Of a DNA stretch of 64,000 bases, positions 19,705 through 30,396 are shown piece after piece. The DNA comes from Bdellovibrionota bacterium (GTDB taxonomy: Bacteria > Bdellovibrionota_C > UBA2361 > JBGSMV01): positions 1 through 64,000 of the forward strand of contig JBGSMV010000029.1 in the NCBI GenBank assembly GCA_041739995.1, in the 5' to 3' direction. Within the stretch, counting starts at the first letter, position 1; the number at the start of each line of letters is the position of its first letter. A program made the translations under genes and the position numbers. The notes under the pieces are model-generated. The model had not been told where the DNA came from. It was given only the letters and a program-made list of their open reading frames with translations, and ran no database searches.

Positions 19705-20805
19705 ATGTCAGAGAATTCTACCCCAGAAGAGCGCACTGAAATGCCGACCGACCGTCGGATGTCGCAACTTCGTAAAGAGGGAGCTCTTTTCCTTTCTACC
19801 GATGTGGTGCAGCTCTCGACGTTGGTGGCCGGCGTCTTCTTGCTTATGGTTTTATGGAACTGGATGTACTTCGCGATCAGCGTCACCATGGAACGGGCGT
19901 TTGCGATGGTTGGGCGAAAAGAAGATCTCACCATCGATTTCCTGTCCGAAGGATTTGTCGCTCTTGCGACCTTAGTCGCACCTCCGGTGGTTCTTCTGGC
20001 GGTAGGCGTGGGGATAGTGGCCGCGCTATCGGTATTTTTTCAAACCGACTGGAATGTAAAGGCTAAAAAACTCGAATTCAAGTTCTCCGGACTTAATCCC
20101 ATAAACGGAGTGAAACGAATCGTTTCTATCCAGGGTTTTGTGATGACTCTCAAAGCTCTTTTGAAGCTCTCCATTATCTTGCCGATTGGGTACTTTGCGC
20201 TCGAGCAAAGAGCGCCAGAGATGATAGGGCTCATGCACCTGTCAATTGAACAAATCATGACGTACGCGAGCGGCGGAATCTTAGGGATATTCTGGAAGAT
20301 TTTCTACATCCTATTGGCTTTCGCCATCTTTGATTATGTGTGGGGGAAGTATCAGTGGCTACGCAAGAATAAAATGACAAGGGATGAGGTTAAGGACGAA
20401 AGAAAGTCAGTAGAGGGTGACGAGAGTACCAAGCGAAAAATAATTGCAAAGGGATTACAAAGGATAGCTCATCGGATCGCGACGACGGTGCCGAAAGCGC
20501 ATGTGGTAGTGACAAACCCTACCCACATTTCAATAGCTCTCCGATACGATCGACTTAATGACGCCGCCCCAATCGTGGTGGCGAAGGGGAAAGGTTTTGT
20601 CGCTCTACGCATCCGAGAAATTGCGAAGGCCAATAATATTCCCATCGTAGAGCGTAAGCCGGTGGCGCGTGCTCTGTTTGAATCTACCGAAGTAGGCTCG
20701 GTCATTCCGAGAGAAATGTTCAAAGCCGTCGCAGAAATCTTGGCATATGTGTACCGACTGAAAAACCCGCATGCCGTTAAGACACAGGCGGCAAAAGGCG
20801 CATGA
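19705..20805 (+). CDS. flhB: flagellar export protein FlhB
   Basis: ERTEMPTDRR, LNPINGVKRI, KMTRDEVKDE, NPTH autocleavage site, AVAEILAYVY. Confidence 0.96.
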   Translation: MSENSTPEERTEMPTDRRMSQLRKEGALFLSTDVVQLSTLVAGVFLLMVLWNWMYFAISVTMERAFAMVGRKEDLTIDFLSEGFVALATLVAPPVVLLAVGVGIVAALSVFFQTDWNVKAKKLEFKFSGLNPINGVKRIVSIQGFVMTLKALLKLSIILPIGYFALEQRAPEMIGLMHLSIEQIMTYASGGILGIFWKIFYILLAFAIFDYVWGKYQWLRKNKMTRDEVKDERKSVEGDESTKRKIIAKGLQRIAHRIATTVPKAHVVVTNPTHISIALRYDRLNDAAPIVVAKGKGFVALRIREIAKANNIPIVERKPVARALFESTEVGSVIPREMFKAVAEILAYVYRLKNPHAVKTQAAKGA

Positions 20806-20829
20806 TTGAGTTTGTAGGCGAGGGAGTGC

Positions 20830-22908
20830 ATGAGTAGCGAAGAGAAGAAGAAAGGGGGGAAGCTGCACAACCATATCGCGATCCCGATCGCGATCATTGG
20901 CATTCTTGCGATCCTTATCTTTCCGATTCCTACTCAGCTGTTGGACGTACTCCTGGCGCTGAATATTTGTATCGCACTGATTGTATTGTTCGCTTCTCTC
21001 TATATCGACCGACCAGTCAAATTCTCCTCATATCCGGCGATTTTGTTGATATCAACGATGTTCCGCCTTGGCATGAACGTAGCGTCAACCCGACTCATCT
21101 TGCTGAACGCAGGTGATGGGCTTGGCGCCGCAGGTGATGTGATTCGAGCATTTGGTGAGTTCGTAGTCGGCGGCAACTTCGCGATCGGTGTGGTGATATT
21201 TGTGGTCATCTCCCTCGTGAATTTGAAGGTTATCACCAAAGGTTCTGGAAGAATTTCTGAAGTCGCGGCGCGATTCACTTTGGACGCCATGCCGGGCAAG
21301 CAGATGGCGATCGATTCTGATCTGAATACTGGGCTGATTAATGAAGCCGAAGCGAAAGTTCGACGCAAAGAGATCTCGCAAGAAGCAGAGTTCTATGGCG
21401 CCATGGATGGTGCGGCGAAGTTCGTGAGTGGAGACGCGATCGCCGGACTTTTCATCACCGCCATTAATATCATTGGTGGCCTCTTCATCGGTGTGGCACA
21501 GAACGACATGGGATGGTTGGAAGCCGCCAGCGTCTTTACCATTTTAACCATTGGAGACGGTCTGGTTGCACAGATTCCCTCCATCATGATCTCCCTGGCC
21601 TCCGGTATTATCGTTGCGCGTGCTGGCTCGGGCGAAGATCTAGGAACGGAAATACTTGGGCAACTTGGAAGTTCGGAGAAGCCACTTTTCCTCACGTCAG
21701 CAGTATGTGCTGGATTCGCGATTCTTCCGGGACTGCCTTTCCTGCCCTTCATGCTGTTGGCAAGCGCCACACTCGGGCTCGGTTTCATGCGGTCGCGATC
21801 GCAAAAGGGCGAGGAAAAACAGAAGGAGGTCGCGGCTAAGGACGCAAACCCCAGCGCGCCGAAACCAGGTAGTACCGAAGAAGTAACAGGCCTGCTGGGT
21901 ATAGACCTGCTTGAACTTGAAGTGGGATACGAGTTGGTTTCGCTGGTTGAGGGCGGTGAGCTGGTTGAACGAATTCGATCGGTGCGACGGCAGTTTGCCA
22001 CCGACTATGGGCTGGTAGTTCCTCCCATACACATTCGCGATAATGTGCGCATTAAGCCAGGAGAATACCGGCTGATGCTTAAGGGTGCATTGATTGGGCA
22101 TGGGGAGCTACGTGCGCACCACATGCTTGCTATGGATCCTGGCAATGCTTCGGCTCCGATCGAGGGGATTGCTACGAAGGAGCCCGCCTTTGGTCTCGAT
22201 GCCAAGTGGATTCCTGTACACGAGAAGGAACGCGCTCAATTCTCTGGCTACACTGTGGTCGATCACCCCACAATTATTACTACACATCTTACCGAAATGC
22301 TGCGGGGGAACATGCATGAGCTGCTTGGGCGTCAGGAAACGCAGCACTTGCTGGATACTGTGGCGAAGCAAGCGCCCAAAGTTGTTGAAGAGCTTGTTCC
22401 CGGATTGCTTTCAGTGGGGCAAGTGCAGCGCGTGCTGGCACTACTGCTCCGTGAGCAGATCTGCATTCGCGATTTGAGAACCATTCTTGAAACGCTGGCC
22501 GATTGGGCGCCTACGGTGAAGCATCCTGAAAAACTTGCAGAGATGGCACGCCGCAAGCTGGCGAGATCTATCACGGCAAAGCTTGTTAACGGGGAAGGCG
22601 TTCTCCCGCTCGCGAGTTTGACCCCGCATCTTGAACAAGCTCTCAACGAGGCGGTGCAGCAGACGGACGAGGGGTCGTTCCTTGCACTTGAACCGGGAGT
22701 CGCCCAGACGCTTATCAGCAAGATAACCAAAGCAGCGGAGCGATTTCTGGAGACTGGGCAGACGCCACTTGTGCTGGCCCCCTCACATCTGAGAGCGGCG
22801 CTCGCACACTTTGTGGATCGTTTTGTGCCAGGAGTTCGGATCATTACCCATCAAGAGATTGCACCGAACACGCGCGTGCAGTCGCTTGGGGTTATTTCGG
22901 TTGAGTAA
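20830..22908 (+). CDS. flhA: flagellar export protein FlhA
   Basis: EVAARFTLDAMPGKQMAID, FYGAMDGAAKFV, IGDGLVAQIP. Confidence 0.97.
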   Translation: MSSEEKKKGGKLHNHIAIPIAIIGILAILIFPIPTQLLDVLLALNICIALIVLFASLYIDRPVKFSSYPAILLISTMFRLGMNVASTRLILLNAGDGLGAAGDVIRAFGEFVVGGNFAIGVVIFVVISLVNLKVITKGSGRISEVAARFTLDAMPGKQMAIDSDLNTGLINEAEAKVRRKEISQEAEFYGAMDGAAKFVSGDAIAGLFITAINIIGGLFIGVAQNDMGWLEAASVFTILTIGDGLVAQIPSIMISLASGIIVARAGSGEDLGTEILGQLGSSEKPLFLTSAVCAGFAILPGLPFLPFMLLASATLGLGFMRSRSQKGEEKQKEVAAKDANPSAPKPGSTEEVTGLLGIDLLELEVGYELVSLVEGGELVERIRSVRRQFATDYGLVVPPIHIRDNVRIKPGEYRLMLKGALIGHGELRAHHMLAMDPGNASAPIEGIATKEPAFGLDAKWIPVHEKERAQFSGYTVVDHPTIITTHLTEMLRGNMHELLGRQETQHLLDTVAKQAPKVVEELVPGLLSVGQVQRVLALLLREQICIRDLRTILETLADWAPTVKHPEKLAEMARRKLARSITAKLVNGEGVLPLASLTPHLEQALNEAVQQTDEGSFLALEPGVAQTLISKITKAAERFLETGQTPLVLAPSHLRAALAHFVDRFVPGVRIITHQEIAPNTRVQSLGVISVE

Positions 22909-22913
22909 AAGCT

Positions 22914-23930
22914 ATGGATATACGGACATTCAGAGGTCGAGCTCTTCAGGCAATCATGGGGGAAGTGCGCACGGAGATTGGAGAAGATGCGCTGATTGTT
23001 GACACCAGGCGCTTGCCGGATCGTTCGGTCGAGGTCGATGTAGCCATCGGTTCGTCACCGTCCGCGCATGAAATGCTCTCGCTGTCGCATGACCATGAGA
23101 CGAAGACTTTCGGCGTTCGGGAGAGGCCTCAGAGCCGTCACGCGGAGCATCCCGCCATCGATCTGCTGCGTGAGGGTGGCTTCGGGCCAGATATACTAGA
23201 GCGCCTTGAGCTTGGAATGGGAGGTGCCGAGTCGTTTGTTGATGGCATGGCAGAAGCGTTCGGATCTACTTTTGCCTTCGACAGTTCCCTTGTCCCACAT
23301 CGACAGGGCAGCCCGAAAATTGTGGCACTTGTGGGACCGACCGGGGTCGGAAAGACGACGACTCTAGCGAAGCTCGCCGCGCAATTACGCCTGGCGTTTG
23401 ATCTAAAGATTGGCTTCATAAGCGCGGATTCGTTTCGAGTAGGTGCGGCCCATCAGCTTCAAACTTACGCGAACCTACTTCGTATTCCTTGTCGAACGGT
23501 TTGTCCTCCCGGTACTTCCCGAACGGGCGGAGGAATGCTCGAGCGCATTGACGATGCTATCGCCGAGTTTCAAGGAATGGATTTGATACTGGTGGACACC
23601 GCGGGTGTGAGCGCTCGCGACAAAGAGCGCCTGCAATTGCTGCAAGAGTCGTTGGGAAATAATGAGTACGTGGAGCGCCTGTTAGTTTTGCAGGCACCCA
23701 GCAACGAGAAAGACCTGATGCTTGCGGCGGAAGCTTTTTCGCCACTGCAATGCTCTCGCTTAATTATCACCAAGCTAGATGAAACGAACTTCAGTGGCCC
23801 CGTGCTCAATGTTGGCTTCAGGCTGCGCTTGCCGCTTGCCTATTTCTGTCATGGGCAAAGGGTGCCTGAGGATATAGAGCCAGCGAGCGCGAAGCGTTTA
23901 GCCCATCTTGTAACCAGTCGATATCATTGA
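22914..23930 (+). CDS. flhF: flagellar SRP-type GTPase FlhF
   Basis: GPTGVGKTTT, DTAG, TKLDE, GQRVPEDI; synteny. Confidence 0.93.
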   Translation: MDIRTFRGRALQAIMGEVRTEIGEDALIVDTRRLPDRSVEVDVAIGSSPSAHEMLSLSHDHETKTFGVRERPQSRHAEHPAIDLLREGGFGPDILERLELGMGGAESFVDGMAEAFGSTFAFDSSLVPHRQGSPKIVALVGPTGVGKTTTLAKLAAQLRLAFDLKIGFISADSFRVGAAHQLQTYANLLRIPCRTVCPPGTSRTGGGMLERIDDAIAEFQGMDLILVDTAGVSARDKERLQLLQESLGNNEYVERLLVLQAPSNEKDLMLAAEAFSPLQCSRLIITKLDETNFSGPVLNVGFRLRLPLAYFCHGQRVPEDIEPASAKRLAHLVTSRYH

Positions 23931-23972
23931 TCTAAAGTATAGTTATAAAAAAGTGAGCCATAGGAGGCCAAG

Positions 23973-24896
23973 TTGCAATCAAAAAGAGGTGATCCCGTGA
24001 TCCAGGACCAGGCTGAATCACTCAGGCGCATTCGGTTTATGACCCCAACGGTTGAGAAAAAGGTTAGCGCTATGCCGCAGGCAGTAAGCCGCGTAATTAG
24101 CTTTACCAGTGGTAAAGGCGGAGTTGGCAAGACGAGTATGGTCGTCAATGTTGCCGTTGCGCTCGCACAATCCGGCAAATCAGTTTTAATTCTAGACGCA
24201 GATCTTGGCCTCGCAAACGTGGATGTGATGCTTGGCCTAAAACCAAATGCGACGTTGCACGACGTGTTCGAAGGTCGATGCTCGCTTGATGACATCGTGA
24301 TTGACTCTCCAGAGGGCGTATCGGTTATTCCTGCGGCGAGTGGTGTTGAATCTGTTTGTAATCTTGATGCGACAAGGCAAATGCTTCTCATGCAGGCTGT
24401 AGAGAACATGGCCGTGTCCTACGATTATCTTTTGATTGATACGCAGGCGGGAATTGGGAGTGACGTAATGTACTTCAACTCCGCTGCTACAGAAACGATA
24501 GTGGTAATAACCGGAGAGCCAACTTCTCTCACTGATGCCTACGCCTTGATGAAGGTGCTTTCTCAGAACTATGGCGAGAGATCATTCTCTGTCGTCGCGA
24601 ATGACGTGAATGATGAGAATGATGGGCGAAGAGCGTTTGCTCGGCTCTCATCCGTTGCAGAGCGCTTTCTACACGTGGATCTACGCTACCTTGGGCATGT
24701 CCCTACTGACGGTGCGATGCAAGAAGCCATACGTTCTCAGACGGCGCTGCTTTCATCGTTCCCAAGCTCGAGGGCGAGTAGCGCAATTCGAACGATTTCA
24801 AGAAAGATTGACGAAGCATTTTTTGAGCAACGGGTGAAGGGGGGGATGCAATTCTTCTTCAACCGCTTGATAGAGGTAAGTGCTTCACAACGGTAG
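23973..24896 (+). CDS. flhG: MinD-like ATPase FlhG/FleN
   Basis: SGKGGVGKT, DADLGLANVD, EPTSLTDAYA; start may be slightly downstream. Confidence 0.93.
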   Translation: MQSKRGDPVIQDQAESLRRIRFMTPTVEKKVSAMPQAVSRVISFTSGKGGVGKTSMVVNVAVALAQSGKSVLILDADLGLANVDVMLGLKPNATLHDVFEGRCSLDDIVIDSPEGVSVIPAASGVESVCNLDATRQMLLMQAVENMAVSYDYLLIDTQAGIGSDVMYFNSAATETIVVITGEPTSLTDAYALMKVLSQNYGERSFSVVANDVNDENDGRRAFARLSSVAERFLHVDLRYLGHVPTDGAMQEAIRSQTALLSSFPSSRASSAIRTISRKIDEAFFEQRVKGGMQFFFNRLIEVSASQR

Positions 24897-24923
24897 TCAT
24901 GGAAGACGTACGAGGATGGAGTA

Positions 24924-25151
24924 ATGGATCGACCAGTAAAAAAAGTGTCGTTTGTATACGTACACAAAGTTGCTGCCGCGGTCTCGTTGCTCGCTTTTGG
25001 TGTGATTGTAGCCGCCGGAATGATGGCTGAGGCACGGTTCATCACGATCGCGTTTCGCGCGTTCTTGGTGTTTCTCGTGGTCGCGGTGATAAGCCGCGTG
25101 ATCGTCAGCATCCTTACGTCGTACGAGGAGATGAATAGTGGCAAAACCTAA
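24924..25151 (+). CDS. small 2-TM membrane protein in flagellar operon
   Basis: 75 aa, two hydrophobic helices, RBS GGAG, overlaps the fliA start. Confidence 0.7.
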   Translation: MDRPVKKVSFVYVHKVAAAVSLLAFGVIVAAGMMAEARFITIAFRAFLVFLVVAVISRVIVSILTSYEEMNSGKT

Positions 25152-25890
25152 GAAATCAGCCGTCGAGGCCTACAAGCAAATTGATGACTATGAGAAGGAG
25201 CAGCTCATTAAGAGCTACCTTCCACTAGTAAAGAAGGTGGTGCACCGCTTGTCCGGTCGCTTGCCAAAGGACGTGGACATTCGCGAAATGCTGAACTCAG
25301 GCATCATCGGATTGGTCGACGCGCTTGAGAAGTACGATCCCAAGCACGAGACAAACTTCTCGACCTATGCACAGTTTCGTATACGCGGAGCGATCCTTGA
25401 TAGCTTCCGTAGCCAGGACTGGTTGCCGCGCTCCTTGCGCTTCAAGTCACACCGTATTGAGCAAGCCTATCATCGCGTAGAGCAACGCTTAGGGCGGCCT
25501 GCCACAGACGAAGAAGTGGCGCAGGAATTGAGTGTCACCATCGAAGAGCTTCAAATGCTCTTGGGCGAAGTGGGAAGCATTGTGATGCTGAGCTTCGAAG
25601 AGCTTGGCTTCGGTCACGGAGAAGAAAGATTTCGTGCCGATGAAATGCTTGCAAGTCGTTCAGGGGACCCGCTGGCGAAGCTGCTTGGCAACGAGAAGGT
25701 AAGCATGATCGCGCGAGCGCTCGACCGCCTTCCCGAGAAGGAGCGCTTGGTCATCTCCTTATATTTTTATGAGGAACTCAATCTAAAGGAAATCGGAGAG
25801 ATCCTTGGCGTCACTGAGTCGCGAGCCTCTCAGATTCGCTCACGAGCACTTATCCGCCTTAAAAACTATCTTAAACGCGCAATGCAGTAG
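25138..25890 (+). CDS. fliA: RNA polymerase sigma-28 factor
   Basis: FSTYAQFRIRGAILD..R..DWLPRS, ELNLKEIGEILGVTESRASQI. Confidence 0.96.
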   Translation: MAKPKKSAVEAYKQIDDYEKEQLIKSYLPLVKKVVHRLSGRLPKDVDIREMLNSGIIGLVDALEKYDPKHETNFSTYAQFRIRGAILDSFRSQDWLPRSLRFKSHRIEQAYHRVEQRLGRPATDEEVAQELSVTIEELQMLLGEVGSIVMLSFEELGFGHGEERFRADEMLASRSGDPLAKLLGNEKVSMIARALDRLPEKERLVISLYFYEELNLKEIGEILGVTESRASQIRSRALIRLKNYLKRAMQ

Positions 25891-25901
25891 CAGGCGCTCA
25901 G

Positions 25902-26078
25902 TTTGAGCTCTAAGGCCTGAGCGTGCAGGCTGAGGTTTAAGCCTTTGAGGGGCGGGATTCTACTTCCTTGCTCGACAAGCGCTCACGCCCAGAGTACACC
26001 AAGAGGGCCTGAGGCCTTTCCCCGTAGGGAATTTTTGAACCTCAGCGTGTCTCGGCCCTGAATACGCATGAGCTCAAA
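25902..26078. ncRNA. possible long-hairpin RNA (6S-like)
   Basis: Nested complementary segments: tttgagctc/gagctcaaa, gcgtg/tacgc, cagg/cctg, gctgaggtttaa/ttgaacctcagc and gggcg/cgccc, spanning ~180 nt. Confidence 0.3.
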
Positions 26079-27300
26079 ATCTCACATCATCACATCCTCG
26101 AGCTATCAGGGACGGTCTGACGATTCCCCTAGCGCAACAAGAACGGAGGTCGTCACCGTTCTTGTCTCTCAGTGTGAGGTTGACGCTGAGCTTGGCCACT
26201 CGGTCTGGCAGCGCATCGCAGAGCTGGTGCCAGGGATAGAAATTGTTCTCTCGAGGGGCGAGTCTGAGTATCGTGAAATCTTAGAGCGGAGCACTGTTGA
26301 TGTCGTCGTGTTTCTTTGGCCCGCCGGTAGGCTTGTCGAGAAAATGTTGCTTCCTGAATTGAAGCTCAGAAATGAGGCACCGGGAATGATTGTGGTTGCC
26401 GCTGCCGAAGACCCCGTGACGGTAGCGACTCTTTATAACCTTGGCTGTCATCGGTTCGTTCCGCAATTAGACGGCTGGCAGGTGGAGCTCAGCCAGGCGC
26501 TTCGAGGGGTGCTCCGTTCACGGCGGGCAGATAGCGTTCATGAGCGTACTCGTGCGCGACTGACGGAAATGCTCTCGCTGGTCGAGGAAAAAAACGCCCG
26601 TCTGGATGAGTTCAGTGTGACTCTTGCTCATGATGTACGCGGGCCACTGGCTGGAATTAGCATGAAGCTTGACTACATTCTGGACACTTATCAAGAAGAA
26701 CTTCCTGAACGGGCGCAAAACTTCATTGGGAAGGCCCTCGAAAGTACCAGGCGGCTTACTGACTTGGTGCAGGCTATGTACGAGTACGCTCGCCTTGGAG
26801 CTAAAGCCAGTGAGTTTTCCTGTGTCGAACTTGAGAGTCTGGTAAAGAACGCTATTAGCGATCTGCATGTCGATGAGCGCTTAGACGTCAGAATCGGAGT
26901 GGCTGAGTTGCCGTCCGTTTGGGGAAAGGCTGAGCTGCTTCAACGGGTGTTCCTCAACCTTGTACAGAATGCAATCAAGTACTCGGATAAATCAGAGATT
27001 ATTATCAATGTGAGCTGCGAGGGGATCGAAGAGCGAGCTCTCGGTTCGTTCGCAGATATTGTAGTGTCAGACAACGGACCCGGAATTCCAGAGGACTCTC
27101 GTGCGACCTTGTTTTCTATGTTTTCGCGCCTGCATCGAAACCAAACGACTGGACAGGCAGTGGAGGGCCTTGGAGCTGGCTTGGCGGTGGTTCAGCGCGT
27201 GGTTGAGTTACATTTTGGAAAGATCTGGGTGGAGAACGCTGAAGGCGGCGGGGCGCGTTTTGTGCTTCGATTGCCGACGGGGCCAGTCGAGGTGAACTAA
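26068..27300 (+). CDS. sensor histidine kinase with degenerate N-terminal receiver-like domain
   Basis: H-box LAHDVRGPL, N-box NLVQNAIKY, DNGPGI, GLGAGL. Confidence 0.9.
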   Translation: MSSKSHIITSSSYQGRSDDSPSATRTEVVTVLVSQCEVDAELGHSVWQRIAELVPGIEIVLSRGESEYREILERSTVDVVVFLWPAGRLVEKMLLPELKLRNEAPGMIVVAAAEDPVTVATLYNLGCHRFVPQLDGWQVELSQALRGVLRSRRADSVHERTRARLTEMLSLVEEKNARLDEFSVTLAHDVRGPLAGISMKLDYILDTYQEELPERAQNFIGKALESTRRLTDLVQAMYEYARLGAKASEFSCVELESLVKNAISDLHVDERLDVRIGVAELPSVWGKAELLQRVFLNLVQNAIKYSDKSEIIINVSCEGIEERALGSFADIVVSDNGPGIPEDSRATLFSMFSRLHRNQTTGQAVEGLGAGLAVVQRVVELHFGKIWVENAEGGGARFVLRLPTGPVEVN

Positions 27301-27303
27301 GAC

Positions 27304-27930
27304 ATGACGTTAGAGGAAGCGCTGCGATGGGCCAGGGAGTTGCCGCTTGTCGCGCAAGCATTATCAAGATTGGCGAAAGAGCTGTCACCAGAGCTCCTCT
27401 ATCATTGCGCGGCTCATACGGACGATGTGCTCACTGAGGTGCTGCGGTTCGCCTTGCATGATGGGCTTAGTGAGCGCGACCTTGAACTTCTTGCGATCGC
27501 GGCAGCGTTTCACGATTTGGGCTTTTTAGAGAAGCCTACAGATAATGAAGCGGTAGGCGCCGAGATGGCCGTGGCTGCCATGTCTGCTCATGGCGGGTAC
27601 GCGTTGGATGAACAGCAATCGGTGCGAGCTGCAATTCTTGATACTCGCGTGATAATGTCACCAAAAGGCCCGCGGCAGATCTCCCAGACGCGACTATCGA
27701 ACTACTTACTTGATGCAGATGTGAGCAATCTTGGCCGCGAAGATTTTTTTGAGAAGGCTGAGTTGGTTCGCAGAGAGATAGCGCAGCCGGATTCCAGAGC
27801 ATTTTTTGAAGGACTAAAAATCTTTCTTGGTGCGCACGACTGGTATTCGCCTGCGGCGCGTGCGCTCCGAGGAGAGCAGAAGAAGAAAAACATCGCGGCG
27901 CTTGATCAACGATTGAGGTCATTGCCCTGA
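27304..27930 (+). CDS. HD-domain phosphohydrolase
   Basis: YHCAAHT, AAFHDLG, DADVSNLG. Confidence 0.85.
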   Translation: MTLEEALRWARELPLVAQALSRLAKELSPELLYHCAAHTDDVLTEVLRFALHDGLSERDLELLAIAAAFHDLGFLEKPTDNEAVGAEMAVAAMSAHGGYALDEQQSVRAAILDTRVIMSPKGPRQISQTRLSNYLLDADVSNLGREDFFEKAELVRREIAQPDSRAFFEGLKIFLGAHDWYSPAARALRGEQKKKNIAALDQRLRSLP

Positions 27931-27931
27931 G

Positions 27932-28486
27932 GTGGAGATGAGCGAGACAGTGCTTCAAAATGGGGGAAGTCTGTTTTTTCTGGCCTTAGTGCTGGTGTTC
28001 ATGTTGCCGGCGATTGGAATTATTCGTAAGGCACTAGTGGTGGTGCCCTCCGACCGCGCCTTTGTGGTGGAGCGCTTTGGGCGATTCTTAAAGGTGTTGC
28101 CCGCCGGACTTCACTTTGTGCCCCCCTTTATTGACAGGGTTTCCCGAGACTTTAGTTTGATTGATGAGGAAGTCTTGATCCCTGAGCAGCGTTGCATTGC
28201 TTCAGGAGGCGAAAGCGTCATCGTCGCAGGCAAGATGCTCATTGCTATCGTTGAGCCTAGACTCGCTGCCTACGAAGTATCGGATCCTGCCTTTGCCATT
28301 TTGCAATTATTTCAACTGGCGGTGGTGGAAGAAACGTCACTTGTTCCGGGTCAGGTAATAGTTGACGGAACAATAGGACTTGCTCAAAAGGTAGGGACCC
28401 TAATCGCACCCACCGCACTGGGCTGGGGGGTGCGGGTTGGGGAAATTGAACTGAGTGCCCGATGGGCCAGCAGCGCTGTTGCTTAG
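27932..28486 (+). CDS. short SPFH/stomatin (paraslipin-like) membrane protein
   Basis: TM followed by VVERFGRF..L.AGLHFVPPFIDRV and WGVRV; lacks the C-terminal coiled coil. Confidence 0.75.
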   Translation: MEMSETVLQNGGSLFFLALVLVFMLPAIGIIRKALVVVPSDRAFVVERFGRFLKVLPAGLHFVPPFIDRVSRDFSLIDEEVLIPEQRCIASGGESVIVAGKMLIAIVEPRLAAYEVSDPAFAILQLFQLAVVEETSLVPGQVIVDGTIGLAQKVGTLIAPTALGWGVRVGEIELSARWASSAVA

Positions 28487-28614
28487 GGCATTGGAGGCAA
28501 GAAAAGGTTTTGGCTTAGATGAGCGGACTACCGTACAGTAACGGGGTTGAAGGGGCAGCGTTTGGCCTAATCAAAATTCTGTTCTTGTTAGATTGAAAAC
28601 GAGTTTTTCAGCAA

Positions 28615-30129
28615 ATGGAGTGGCTTCGTTCCCATCTTCGTCTCCCTCGTTTTTTCGCCTCGGTGCGTGAGGGCGTCGGATTTCCTGCCTCAGAAGTAGA
28701 TCGGCTATCGGAAGTGCTTCGAACCTCAGGGTTGTTTGAGGATCGGGGTAAGGCTGCACTTCGGCTTGGTGCCTCGGTTCATCCTGATGCCACCAACCAA
28801 CTTATCGAAACGGCCCGTTCTGACCCAGACCTTGGAGTACGTAGAGTTGCGCTCTGGAGCCTTGGCAGCCTTGTCCAGGAGGAGAACGGACGAGCAGCGA
28901 AGCGATTGATTCGTCCTTCTCTGAGACGGATTGGCGCCGAAGCCTGCTCTCGAAGGATGCAGAGTTGTGGCGATCAATTCGCGGTAGCTTTTTGTGATCT
29001 ATGCACTTTGCTAGGGCCAAAGGCCAAGCCTGGAGCGGCGGCGCTGAGAACCCTCGCGCTTTCTGGTTCAGAAGAGATCGCGGAGTGTGCAGTGCGAGCA
29101 TTAGAAAGTGTCGCACCGAAATCGGCACATCAGTACTTCCTCAAAAAGCTGAATAAAGATTATGGGGTGATTCCGGACTCAAATGTGCTGCGCCTTTTTA
29201 GATCTGAGCACATCCGAGCCTCAATATTGAAAGTGCTTGGACGATGGATTGATGCTCCTGCCAGGTATGTAGGCGGATACGCGGGAGGCTCTGGCGATGG
29301 CACCTCAAAAATTGTGCTTGAAAGAGCAGAACGCGCGTTGACTCTATTGAAGGATATGCGACCGGTTGATGGCCTACCTTTGTTATTAAATGCGCTTTCT
29401 CACCGACATGTGGTCGTCTCACGGCAAGCAATTGATCTTGTTTCCACCGCCGTTCGAGCGGGACAGCTTTCGCTTGGCCCTCTTTTGGATAAAGCCGAAG
29501 GGGAATGGGCGAGAAGACACGCGGCGCCAGGCGAGGGACGTGCGATTGAGGCGCTTGCGCATACATTGCGACCTGAGGCGTTTCCATTGTGTTTGCGGGT
29601 ACTGGCGGAGCCAACTGCGTTTCTGGCTGGAGGTTCATTGGCGTTGATCGCGGCCAGGGTTGTAGAGCGGCATCGTGATCTTATCAAAGATCAGGATCGG
29701 CTAAAGTTGCTGCGTGGGTATCTGAGCGCAAATGGCTATGAAGGTGAGATCGTTAGGGAGACCCTGATTCGGACGATGCCGCACGAAAGCTGTCCAAGAT
29801 TCTCTTCTGCCCTTGTGGCTGGTCTTGTGGGCTCGGATGTTTCTTCTGAGGCATTTGACGATATATCCCATCTTCTTCAAGGTCTGCCTTCGCACGTCTC
29901 CCTTTTGGTTCTAACCCGAGCGCTTGCCTCCTCAGAGCCTCGTGTAGCGGTTGGAGGCGGGGACGAAAGTGCAGTTGAGGGCTCTGAGATCACGGATGCC
30001 CAGATGCGACGGCGAGTCCTCAAGGAATTACATCAACAGTGTGTGGTTCGGGCAGCGTGGGAATCGCGTGAGCGGGCGTTCTCAGATGGGCCCGACGATA
30101 GCGGGGGGGCCTACCCTAAATTTCCCTAA
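28615..30129 (+). CDS. HEAT-repeat-like alpha-solenoid protein
   Basis: DPDLGVRRVALWSLG, IAECAVRALE and LLLNALSHRHVVVSRQAI resemble HEAT/PBS repeats. Confidence 0.55.
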   Translation: MEWLRSHLRLPRFFASVREGVGFPASEVDRLSEVLRTSGLFEDRGKAALRLGASVHPDATNQLIETARSDPDLGVRRVALWSLGSLVQEENGRAAKRLIRPSLRRIGAEACSRRMQSCGDQFAVAFCDLCTLLGPKAKPGAAALRTLALSGSEEIAECAVRALESVAPKSAHQYFLKKLNKDYGVIPDSNVLRLFRSEHIRASILKVLGRWIDAPARYVGGYAGGSGDGTSKIVLERAERALTLLKDMRPVDGLPLLLNALSHRHVVVSRQAIDLVSTAVRAGQLSLGPLLDKAEGEWARRHAAPGEGRAIEALAHTLRPEAFPLCLRVLAEPTAFLAGGSLALIAARVVERHRDLIKDQDRLKLLRGYLSANGYEGEIVRETLIRTMPHESCPRFSSALVAGLVGSDVSSEAFDDISHLLQGLPSHVSLLVLTRALASSEPRVAVGGGDESAVEGSEITDAQMRRRVLKELHQQCVVRAAWESRERAFSDGPDDSGGAYPKFP

Positions 30130-30396
30130 CGTAGACAGCTCTGTATTTTGACGTTTAGTTACCATACTGATGTCCTGACCGTCCGGCGGGTTTATTGAGT
30201 AGAATGTTCCACAGGGCGAGAGGCGCCTGTCGCGAAATTCAAGCAATGTTGGTGGCGAGAGCATGCTTTGACAGAGCTTCTTTGACAGAGTCCTGTATCT
30301 TGGAGAAACTTTCGGATTGATTCTCCGACTAAAGGGGGTCGAGTACGTTTCTTTCGCCGCAATCTAGTTCCGAGCCGTTTGAGATAAAAGCCTTCA

